Shown here piece after piece: positions 13,161-24,250 of a stretch of DNA of 64,000 nt. The translations under genes and the position numbers were made by a program. The notes under the pieces are model-generated. The model was not told the DNA's origin and made no database searches. It saw only the letters and a program-made list of their open reading frames with translations. Every line of letters begins with the position of its first letter. The stretch's first letter is position 1. This DNA is from Epiperipatus broadwayi (taxonomy: Eukaryota > Animalia > Onychophora): contig JAQFVV010000002.1 of NCBI GenBank assembly GCA_028023455.1, positions 8,990,001 to 9,054,000 on the forward strand, written 5' to 3'.

Positions 13161-13855
13161 AATTTTGTAATATTTGATAAAATTTACAAGTGCTATGTTT
13201 TAGATTGTAACAAACTGTAGAAAGTAATCATTAATCACCCTTTCCTCATAAGCACTGATAGTCAGTGGTGTTCAATCTGCAAGGAAACTCTCACCCAGCT
13301 ACAAGATAAAAACTTTAAGGAAATATGAGCTTCCATCTTATTTTCAAATTCAAATGTAATTATATGAGCCAGTCTTAAGTGTCTAGAAGTGAAAGTGTGA
13401 ATTTATAAATCATTCATTTTAAATTCATTTCTTATTTTTAATATTCTTATTAGCACTTCTGAAATTTTTAATTTATTTTATGCCAATTTTAAACCATTTT
13501 AAATTATGTAATATTTGATAAATTTTACAAGTGCTGTGTTTTGGATTTAACAAACTATAGAAAGTAATGATCCTTTTCTCACAAGTGCTGTTAAACAATG
13601 GTGTTCAATTTGCAAGATACTCTCACCCCAGCCACAAGATACTTTAAGAAAATAAGAGTGGCCATCTTCTTTCCAAACTTAAATATAATTATATAAATGG
13701 CTCATATAATTACATACATTTGAGTCTGGAAATAAAATAGCTGCTCATATTTCCTTAAAGTCTTTATCTTGTTGCTGGTGTGAGAGTATCCTTACAAATT
13801 AAACACCATTGTTTAATGGCAATTGTGAGGAAAGGATGATTATTTTCTATAGTTT
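13161..13855. repeat. ~200-bp unit: two direct copies plus one inverted copy
   Basis: Copies at ~13161-13371 (+), ~13502-13695 (+) and ~13698-13855 (inverted) share ggtgttcaat...actctcacc...caagata...tttaag. Confidence 0.75.
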
Positions 13856-16506
13856 TTTTAATTTTATGTTATTTACCCTAAGATATTCAGAATAAAGGAT
13901 GGATGTGGGATGTATAGATAAAATTCCAAATGTCTTCAATATTGAAGGTCAGTATCAGAATCTGGAAATGAGACATAAACTTTCTATCAAATATATAAAT
14001 AAAATAATTAAAAATTCACTATAGAATGTTCAGCATATGATTCAGTTTATTGGTTGTGATGATATTTTAATCAATTTATTGAAAGAGCACATCTTAATTG
14101 CAATAATGATTTGAAAAGAATGAATAAAATTAGTCTTATTTAAAAAGTATTTAAAATTAGGTTTTATGGAGGGAGGGGGTAACCTTACTTATAAAAGTAA
14201 TCTAAAAAGTACTCTAAAGAAAGGGACAATTTGGATAAAAATACAATACATTTAAAAGTTATATTTCAGTTAAGTGTTAAAGATTTTTGAAAAAAATTAT
14301 TTGCTGCAGAAGACATTAAAAGATAACATTGCAGGGTTTTAAACAGACTTAAAAAAAAAACAAGTATATGATATAAGCAGATGTATTTGTAATACAGATT
14401 AGTTTATATAATCATTTTAAAAAAAATACATCGTTAATTTTTTATTCTTTGCATACTATCTTTTTTTTTTTACATCTCTGAAGTTAAAAATAACCATACT
14501 CAATTTAATTAGAGACTACTAATGATAGTATAATATATTTATCAGATAATTTATTATCTTAGGAAGTAGAGTTAATAAAAATATATAAAAAAAGATTCTA
14601 AACACTTTGTAAAAAAAAAATAGATATAACAATGAGATTGAGACTTCATAAAAATATAAGTATTGGTATGGTATTAGCATTTAATTTTTAAAATATATAT
14701 GTCAAACTACTATTTATTTGTTATTGCCTTTATATATAATATATTCAGTTCCAAAGGTTAAGAGAAAATAAGAAAAATGCTATCCATTAATTATTAGATG
14801 GTAATTGTTATCCATTATTATTTTAAAGCTTGCCACTTTTTTTGTATCATCACCCTGAAAATCATATAAACATACAATTTATAAAAATTTAACTTTAATA
14901 TTTGGACAATTATTTTTCTGAATATATTGTAACCTCTCCTACCTCCCCCAGGCTACTTCTCCACCTTTTGCACACACATACACAACCTTGCAGGCAGCGT
15001 GGATGGCCTTGGAATTGATGGTGATGGGACAACATATTATGAAATGCCAGGGTGCCAAATTGCAACTCTAATGTAAATATTATATACTACTTTATTATTG
15101 GTTAATAATTGATCTAATTATCTGCGTTAATACTTGATGAATGGGTCAAATAAATAAAATTTCTAAGAAATAAAATACTGAGAACGAGATTAATAATAAT
15201 AATAACTTCGTAATTTATTATATCTATTGGAGAGGAGGAGAATCTCAACTCAAATTCCCACTATACATTAATCCTTTCAGCTCTCTCTCCCATCCATCAC
15301 ACATCAAGGTCACAATTAAAATTTGATTAAAAATAAAATCATTTCCTATCCCATCATCATCATCCTATTCCATTTATCTACCATGCTATCAATCATATTT
15401 TAGATTTTCAAATATTAACAACTACTAATTATACACTACTTTTCTTTATTCTCAGATTAATTCCCATTCTCCAATTTTTCTATTCTATGATATTCTTACC
15501 TCAGGGCTTTAGAATAGCAATATGTAAAAACTTGGTACTGGCAAGAAATTATTTGTGATTTATGAATACTCTCCCAGTGATTTACAGTTATAGTCGACCT
15601 TGACTTAGTCTAACCAAGCCAATGTTTACTTTCTCTATTTTCGAATACTTAAATAAAATTTCAATTATAAATATTTGTTTGTAAAATAACCTAAACATTT
15701 TGAGAATTTAAATTTTGAATAATGAAAGTTCAACTGGGAAGGTATTTGAATACCATGGATGTAGAAAGGATTTTATGTCCACTCATTGCATTTAATATCA
15801 CATGACAACTCTACTACATATAATAACTTTAATTTAATATTGCTAAATTTATCTTACTCTAATCCACATACATATTCTCTGAGTTTGCAATGTTTAAAAT
15901 AATTTTCTATCTTTTAATTTTACAATGAAAGCTTTCTTGGAATCTTGAATAATAAATTAATCTCTCAAGTACTTTATTATAACGCAGTTATAAGTAATTA
16001 AATATAATAAAATTTAAATATTAGTGTAATGATGTATGATTTATGATTGTGATTATGATTGGATTTCTGGAATTTATAAGACCCACAAAATATTGAGACA
16101 CAGACAAGGCTTTTATTTAAAATTATAACATTTTATTATTAATAATAATTTGAAAGTATTTACATTATTTACGCATCTCTGTAGCTCTCTCTTTCTTGAG
16201 TAGTAACAAAAATGTAAAATATACAACATTATCATAGTAACAAGATGGGATTCACAACTGCTATGGAATTATTGTTTCTTTCTCACAGATGACTATACTG
16301 TTCTGACTATCACTAAGCTATAAAACATATTTAATACTATAACGAACTAATAAACATCACATGACCACCATCTCTTATGCTTGTGTATAACTTGTTAAAA
16401 TAGGCAAAACTCACTATACGTATGCCACACACAACAAGCTAGAGTAATCAATGGATGTCAGAAGGCTTGTGCATAAAATCCCCATCTAATGCCTACTCAT
16501 CCAATA

Positions 16507-16548
16507 TCCCCAGACTAGTTTCTGGCTTGTGGCCTTCATCAGTGAGGA
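16507..16548 (-). ncRNA. Minimal type-I hammerhead ribozyme, intact core
   Basis: TCCTCA CTGATGA A GGC CACAA GCC A GAAA CTAG TC^TGGGGA. Stem I is TCCTCA/TGGGGA; stem III is reduced to palindromic CTAG. Predicted cut between 16513 and 16512. Confidence 0.85.
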
Positions 16549-17212
16549 GCCTTGGATCTGAGAGCACTGCATCTAGATCTTAGGATCTAATGCAACCTTC
16601 CAGCAACCACCTTTTATCTCCATTTAACTACAAAACTATGAGTCTTAAACTGAAAACACCTTAATGTTTCCAATTCAAGCCCATCAGCTTATATAGTTAT
16701 ATGGGTCTGAACCAGTTCAGTTCCCATACATTTTGGTGTCTTTGGTTTTTTAATAACCAAAGCCACCAATATCCTATTAGGCAGGATTCGTTTTAAGCCA
16801 ATAAACATCACATGACCACCATATCTTATGCTTGTGTATAACTGTAGTTAAAACAGGCAAAACTCACTATATGTATGCCACACACAGCAAGCTAGAATTT
16901 TGCCTGTTTTAACAACAGTTATACACAAGCATAAGAGATGGTGGTCATGTGATGTTTATTGGCTTAAAACCAATCCTGCCTAATAGGATATTGGTGGCTT
17001 TGGTTATAAAAAAACCAAAGACACCAAAATGTATGGGAACTGAACTGGGTTCAGACCCATATAACTATATAAGTTGATGGGCTTGAATTGGAAACATTAA
17101 GGTGTTTTCAGTTTAAGACTCATAGTTTTGTAGTTAAATGGAGATAAAAGGTGGTTGCTGGAAGGTTGCATTAGATCCTAAGATCTAGATGCAGTGCTTT
17201 AAGATCCACGGC

Positions 17213-17254
17213 TCCTCACAGACGAAGGCCACAAGCCAGAAAGTAGTCTGGGGA
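17213..17254 (+). ncRNA. Mutated hammerhead copy
   Basis: TCCTCA CAGACGA AGGCCACAAGCCA GAAA GTAG TC TGGGGA, with substitutions in the core box and stem III. Confidence 0.7.
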
Positions 17255-18960
17255 TATTGGATGAGTAGGCATTAGATGGCGATTTTATGCACAAGCCTTC
17301 TGGCAACCATTGATTACTCTAGCTTGCTGTGTGTGGCATACGTATAGTGAGTTTTGCCTGTTTTATAACGAACTATTCTTAATTTATTATAATATATTTT
17401 AAACTAATAAAATTTTCTTTTATTTATAAATTCTAACTCTAGATTATAATCATTAATGTATGGTTACTGATGCTGGTTGTAAAGAACTTTTTTTTTAGCT
17501 AAACAATATGCCTTAATAAACTATTTTAAAATTTTAACTGCTGTATAGCATTTGCTTACCCTTACATTTATAGATAAACTGTTCAAGCATTAAAGAATTA
17601 GCTCTTATATTGGTCACACTTTCACATACCTACACATAGACAATATCTAATGTCCCCAACAATAGTAACATTTTATTTAGCTTACCAGTCCAGCGAAGAT
17701 CTGCTCTGCCTGTGATCTGGAAATTCGATGCTCACTGCTTATCACACATAAAATATATTTTTATTTTCCAAAATTTGTAATTCAAAGTCTATAATTTTTA
17801 TTGGTTCTTAAACAGCTATGTAAAGCTGAGCTAGGTATAATACATCACTACAACAGATTGTACTTTAACTCTTACATGTTATAAAAAAAACAATGAACTG
17901 ATTCTATGACCCTACCAGCAATGTTAACAATATCTACTCTTAATATTTTTCAACAAATATACACCCATAAGGAAAGAATATGGAATCAATATCAGTGTTG
18001 GCAATGACCCATAAAACTAGAGAGCTCCTTTTCATAAGGGTTGAATATGCTGAGACTCATTGCTAGGCATGTAAACATGGATGGGCTTGCACAAAGCCCT
18101 ATTACCATTAACACAGAAATCATCTTATGGTGTAACATGAACATAGGGTGGGAAATTCATCCACAATTTTTAACAACTTTAAATTTTACTAATTACTTAA
18201 TGAGCAAGCTATGCTCCAGCTCCAGTGGTTAGGTGGTGATAACTCAATCAACCTTAAACGTACAAGGGTCACTCATCAATTCACACATATATATGAGAAT
18301 TTAAATCTAATTTCTACACCTAAAATATTCCATTGATGCATTAGCCAATAATTTTATAAGTTTAAATATGCTTACACATAAAATTAATTTAGATCTTTAA
18401 TAATTAAAATAAGAAATGCACATCGTTCATAATAAATCTCTCAACTGGGACATGACTATTTCTTTTTCTCAACAACATGCATTCAAGGATAAAAACATAT
18501 CAATTTAATAAAGATCTTACACACTGTATCCTTTCAAACATATTTCTCTTTTGTATCATTAGGATAAAGCAATATTTTATCATTTAAAAAAAGACATATT
18601 TAAAAACTATTCTATTTTGACATTAAAGAAATAAATATTTCACTAACATTTAACTTAAATGTATAATAAATGGTACTATAATGCACTAAATAAATGGCTT
18701 ATAGAAACAAATAACAGTTAATAAAAAAAATACTTATAGTCTCTTTATCATCCCAAGTTTCTTTCATATTCTTGCAGTAGTTATTATCCCATAAGAGTTC
18801 TGTGTGCACACATTATTCGACAAGTAATCCATGGAAATTTAAAAAGAACATTTTATTAATTAATCCTCTAGGTTTCTATATTTATGAGTAAAACACATTT
18901 TTCTTTTCCTAATTGGGATTTTGTATTACATTATTATATTCTTTTAAGACACAGGGAAAG

Positions 18961-19202
18961 CAATCCTGAGGGGTTTTCTTTAAAATTAACACTATCCAAT
19001 TTTAATTTGACATTTAAATTTTTAACATTGATCTAATTCCTTTCAGGTAGTTTGTTTTTTAAATAGGATTTCATTCATCATTATATCATAATTTAACAGC
19101 TTTATTTTAATTTATCCTGAAAGGAATTAGATCAATGTTAAAAATTTAAATGTCAAATTAAAATTGGATAGTGTGAATTTTAAAGAAAATCCCTCAGGAT
19201 TG
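18961..19202. repeat. 87-bp near-perfect inverted repeat with 68-bp spacer
   Basis: 18961-19047 versus 19116-19202, with 2 mismatches by eye. No TSD found. Confidence 0.85.
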
Positions 19203-19491
19203 TTTTTAAAATCAAAATATAACTCAATTTTGTTGTTATTTTAATTTCGATGTGTTCATATCAATTTCTGTTTAGCACTTTTCTCAAAGAATATGATCAT
19301 AATATACAGTAAAATTTCACAAATCTGTGTTCTTTTTTCATTTCTATAACCAAATTTATCATAGAATGTCTATCTTTTAATTTATTTAAAGCCTGTTGTT
19401 CACTTTGATCAAAAGCATTTTGTACATCTATGTGAAAATCTACTTTTTCATAACAATGAGAACTTGTTAAGGCATAAGCCTAAATTATATG

Positions 19492-19894
19492 AAACCACTA
19501 AACATCACATATCACCATTTTTTATGCTTGCTCATAACTGTTATTAAAACATGAAAAACTTTCCATATAGTAATGCCACTCAGTAAAAGCCAGAGTAAGT
19601 AATGGATGCCAGAAGGCTTGTGCATAAAATCCCTATCTAGTGCCTATGCATCAAATATCCTGAGACTAGTTTCTGGCTTATGGCCTTCATCAGTGAGGAG
19701 CCTTGGATTTGACAGCACTGCACCTAGATCTTAGGAGAACCAAAGACATCAAAATATATGGGTACTGAACTGAGTTCAGACCTATATGACTATATAAGCT
19801 AATGAGCTTAGATTGAAAATATTATTGTGTTTTCAATTTTATTCTCATAGTTTTGTAGTTAAGTAGAGATAAAAGGTGGCTGCTGGAGGGTTGC
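19492..19894. mobile_element. Hammerhead retroelement copy with internal inversion
   Basis: Left arm 19492-19735 and inverted arm 19736-19894 are contiguous parts of the unit. Putative 7-bp TSD attatat at 19484-19490 and 19895-19901. Confidence 0.85.
19658..19699 (-). ncRNA. Hammerhead ribozyme, intact core, one stem-I mismatch
   Basis: TCCTCA CTGATGA AGGCCATAAGCCA GAAA CTAG TC TCAGGA. Confidence 0.8.
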
Positions 19895-19901
19895 ATTATA
19901 T

Positions 19902-20070
19902 CCATTTTTTAATCAATTGTCTCTTCATCTTTTCTTCTTACTTCACAAAGTTCAATAATGCCCCATTTAATATTAGATAGTTCTTTCAATTTGTGCAACT
20001 CATCTTTACTTGAAAGTGATCTGCAATTGTAAGTAACTAAATAAATGTCAGCATTTAATATCAGCCTAGG
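19902..20070 (-). pseudogene. RTE-clade AP endonuclease N-terminal fragment
   Basis: LVTYNCRSLSSKDELHKLKELSNIKWGIIELCEVRRKDEET matches the RTE TYNxRxL...WDIIGLxEVRR pattern. Similar to ~41930-42030. Confidence 0.7.
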
Positions 20071-23000
20071 TCCACAATCAGAGAATTCTTAACAATTTCC
20101 TCCACTTTTGACCATCAACCAATATTTTGGCTGGTGATTTTACAACTTCCTGATATAATTTGGTTCTGACAGTCAAGATTGCAAATATCTATTTTAAAAA
20201 AGTTTGTTCACCTATACATTCATCATTCTTTCAAAAACTCAACTGATATTTTAGTTAGAACTATCAGACAACTGAGGGGAAAAAACTATGACATTTTTTT
20301 GATTTTAAGTTGAAGTAAAAAGCCAGTAAACTAATTATATTTTGCTGGTGCATATTGATAAGCAGTTCATCCATGTTGCATGTATTATATAATGATATAG
20401 TAATGACAGAGAAGGGCAATAGAAATTTGCTCTGCTTAGTTTCTTTAAGGCCTTAAGCATACTCCTTTTGGTAGTCCATTAGAAAAATAATATAATATAA
20501 AAACCTTTGGGTGTAACCAAAACTTGCTTAGTTTGAAACTGGTTTTGTTAACCATAATTTAGATCAAAATTTTCCTCATAAAATGCATTAAATTTTATAT
20601 AAAATTATTTAAACAGTAGTAATTTTCGATTAAAATAAAAGCTTGAATAAACTTTCATAAATCAGTTGATATGTAATGAAATCTCATTTATAAATGCTTG
20701 AAATAAAAATCGTTTATTTATAATGCAAATGTAATAGAAATTTAAATCGTCATAAACGATCAAATTTAAACTAGTTTATGAGTTAAGATTGTTTAATTAA
20801 TAAATAGTTATTAATAATTTAGGTGAATTAGGGGGGGGGTAGATATTTTATAAAGTAAATATGATTTTAGTTAGTAAGAAATTGACTAATAATAAATCGT
20901 ATCAATTGGGTGAGTAAAATTTTAGCTTTAAAATATTTATTAGAGGAAGTTTGTGTAAGAAATCAAAGGTTTATAAAAGCATTAAAACTATTTAAGCAGA
21001 ATTGCGTGTGTGTGAAGTGCGGGTACTGAGTTTAGGCAAAATTTTAATTATATAAATAACAATTATTATTAAGCACATATGGCATCATTGGTAAACTAAT
21101 TGAAAGAGCTATCATTTTATATTGGTTTCATATTCATAGCAGCCAATTCTCATTCAAAATCTTGAGTTCAAATTCAGTCTGCTATGTATTTTTTTTTTTT
21201 TTACTTAATATCAAAATTTTCATTTTGTTCTTTCAAATGGTTTTTCATGAAGAGCAGAGAAAAGATCTAACAGAAACCACATGATTTCTGTCTGAATATG
21301 AAAAATTAATTTTGAAAACAATAGTAAATAACCAATTAAAATATATGGTTTACTTGATAGAAGGCATCATTTAGAGATTGATTGACAATAGGGGACTATA
21401 AAACTTAGCCATTTTTTAGGAAGTGACTTCTTTTTATTTTGGTCTAGGATATAATTCTGTTCGGGTTCAAAACCATCAATTTAAACTAATAGAAAGTTTT
21501 ATCGTCCTTCCTATATCAATCTCTGATTGAAATTTTGAATCAAAATTTATATTACGGTGAAAATATGGTACATGCTTAAGCTTCCCACATCAGGCATATA
21601 TTAATTCTTCCTGAAGTTGATCATCATCATGATTCTTTATATGACCGTCATCACCTCAATTAATCAGAAAGTAATGCAACATTGGCCAAAGACAAAATTT
21701 TACTTCAAGAAAAATATGGAAACCATAAGCTTAATGAATGTTTATTTTAATTATGCAGTTCTAATGATGGACAAATATTATTATTATTTGTGTTACAAAA
21801 GTGTTAAAAAGAAAATAATTATTATAAAAAGAAAGTGTGGAACTAAACTACAATACAAATATATATGTTAAATCCCACCTAAAATGTCATCTGCATCATC
21901 AATATTTGAGGGAGCTGATCTATCAATGAAAATTAAATGGTTATGATGTAAAAGAATATTTATATGTTTATCAAACTGAGATATTACAAACCTTCAAGAA
22001 TTTCCAGGAATATAGTGCTATATTTATGTAAAAATACTTCAAGAATAATCCGTTGTGAACAAATTATTGTACTTAAGTCAAACACTTAAAAAAGTTTATT
22101 TAATGTTTTATTCTGATTTTGATAATTAAAAAAGCATCTAAAACAAACTTGTTTCCATGTTAAAATAGATAATACTAGCAATTATAAAATTTCCATATCT
22201 ATTTTTAATTAGATTAAGAAATTTTTTAAATTAAAGCTTTTGATAAAATTAGTATAATATATTTTGATTTTAATCCTACAACATTAGTATAATATAATTT
22301 GATTTTAATTATACAACCTGATGTTAGAGAGATTTAAAATACTTTTACATAAAAATTTGGTTTTAATTAAGGTGAATTCAAAAGTGTCATTAACGTTTTT
22401 CTTTTAATCAAGATAGAGAAAATTTTCTTAATTGTTTTTAAATTCCATGATATATTATAAAAGGTGGATTTGAAAGATATAACTGAAGGCAAGAATTATA
22501 GTGCAAGCCAACTGCTCTAGTGTCCTGATGGTAGAATTTGAATTCACTAAAAAAGTAATGGCCCTGTTTTCCAATGGTTCACAGAACATATTCATGAATT
22601 ACATGGCCTGCCTGAAGTCTATAATATGATAGACTGAATGTCACAGAATGTCAACAGTTATCTGATTTATATCTTTCTGAAAATGTCAAGAAGCCAGTCT
22701 ACTGTTTTAAAGTAGCCAGTACCAGCCAAAAACTGAAAGATTACCATGCTATGACTTTATATGTATGCTGATTAATCTATATGCAAAAAATGAAGTTACC
22801 ATAGCCGTATATGTATATAGCATGCATACAGGAAACCTACTTCACAAACAAATAATAATGTATTGAAAATGACATTATTTTAAACACTTACCTTTGAATA
22901 GTCAAAATAGGAGTCATAGATCACATGACCCAATTCTCTTAAGCTTGTAAGATTTAAACAATAAGCATTGCCAATTGCTCAACAAGCTTTATGATAAATG

Positions 23001-23819
23001 CTTAGCTAGAGAAAGCATTTAAAATATCACTGTCAGGAAATCCCCCCCCAAACCTCTGACCATGGTTTCGTGCTTTGGCACTCCTCAGAGAAGCACTAGG
23101 GTAGGTTCAGACAAGTTTAAAATCATTAATTTACAAGTTTTAAGTAAATAACTTTTGACTAAATTATTCAACTAAAAATAAAATAAGGAAATAAAATATT
23201 AAAAAATGATGTTTGTTTTCAGAGGATTGATTCTAGTTTTTATTTTATTTTACAATTAGAAAAGAAAACTCCAGAAATCTTTCTTAAATATTGGACATGA
23301 CTAACAAAAGTCTGAGTTTTAAAAAAACTTTCAACTGGACCTAAAAATAATGCTTTTAAAATTGTTACTTACAATTAAAAGCAATGGACTAATAACTGTG
23401 ATTTATTTAAAATTCTGTACTATCTTTTTTATATGCACACATATGTGCATTTTATGTATATTTTTAACATTGAATTGTTTTGTAAAAATATAATAACGTA
23501 GATTTAATAAGTTTATTTTTTGACAAATGAAATATCCTAGCATATAAATGCCAGTGTGTGCACACATTTAAATGGGTACTCCTATATATGTTAAATCAGT
23601 CATTATTTCTGTATTATTAAAATAATTTTTATTAGTTTATGACAATTCTAATATTTCAATTTTATATTAGTATGCAGCATGTCTGTGTGTCTGTATAGAT
23701 GTATTTTATGTAGTCATCTTGAAATATTTATAAATTATCATGTGATAGCTTTTTTATTATTAGGAAATTATGTTAATTTTAAATTATTGTACAGAACATC
23801 TGTATGCTTATATAGATTT

Positions 23820-24250
23820 GATATGAGCCTCCAAAATCAGGGAGGTATAGATAATGGAAAAGACAATTCACAACACCAATCAGGCAATCAAACCAAAGAA
23901 ATAAGACATCTATTGGTTGTATTAGAATGAAAGATGATCAAAGATTTTGACCTTATAGAAGATAACAAAAAAGATAGTACATGCATAGTACTTTGTTCTA
24001 GAAGTTTTCCAAGCTTGGAAAAACTGGCTCTCCAAAAAAATCCCCAGAGAAATCACCAATCTCTATAAACTATTACTGGAATAGAAAAAAGATAAGAATA
24101 GACCCAGAAATGAAGATAATGAAATCCAAACCAGCATAAAAAAATCAGCAATGAGCCGAAAGATGGCAGAATATATCTCAAATTCACTTGGACAAGAACT
24201 CCATCATCACTGCAAAATTATCTGGATATAAGACTTGACTACAAAAGAAT
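23820..24250 (+). pseudogene. Possible LINE ORF2 C-terminal tail remnant
   Basis: Frames give GCIRMKDDQR and KLGKTGSPKK, weakly like the GH..RM.D.R and G.R..G.P tails. Heavily decayed. Confidence 0.3.

Larger units (their letters stand above)
16350..17363. mobile_element. Hammerhead-ribozyme retroelement (451-nt unit): ~1.2 units on minus plus ~1 unit inverted, 12-bp TSD
   Basis: taaacatcacatgaccacc recurs at 16351 and 16802 (period 451). The inversion junction is at ~16897. The right arm 16898-17363 is a permuted full unit. TSD tataacgaacta at 16338-16349 and 17364-17375. Confidence 0.9.

Noticed and set aside
14995-15075. Possible exon GSVDGLGIDGDGTTYYEMPGCQIATL
   Set aside because: An acceptor-like site exists but there is no good donor and no recognisable homology.
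15230-16000. LINE 3' remnant on the minus strand
   Set aside because: Purine skew is suggestive but no motif is clear enough to support a call.
21560-21930. Protein-like frame LPEVDHHHDSLYDRHH...
   Set aside because: Interrupted by stops, and no family can be assigned.
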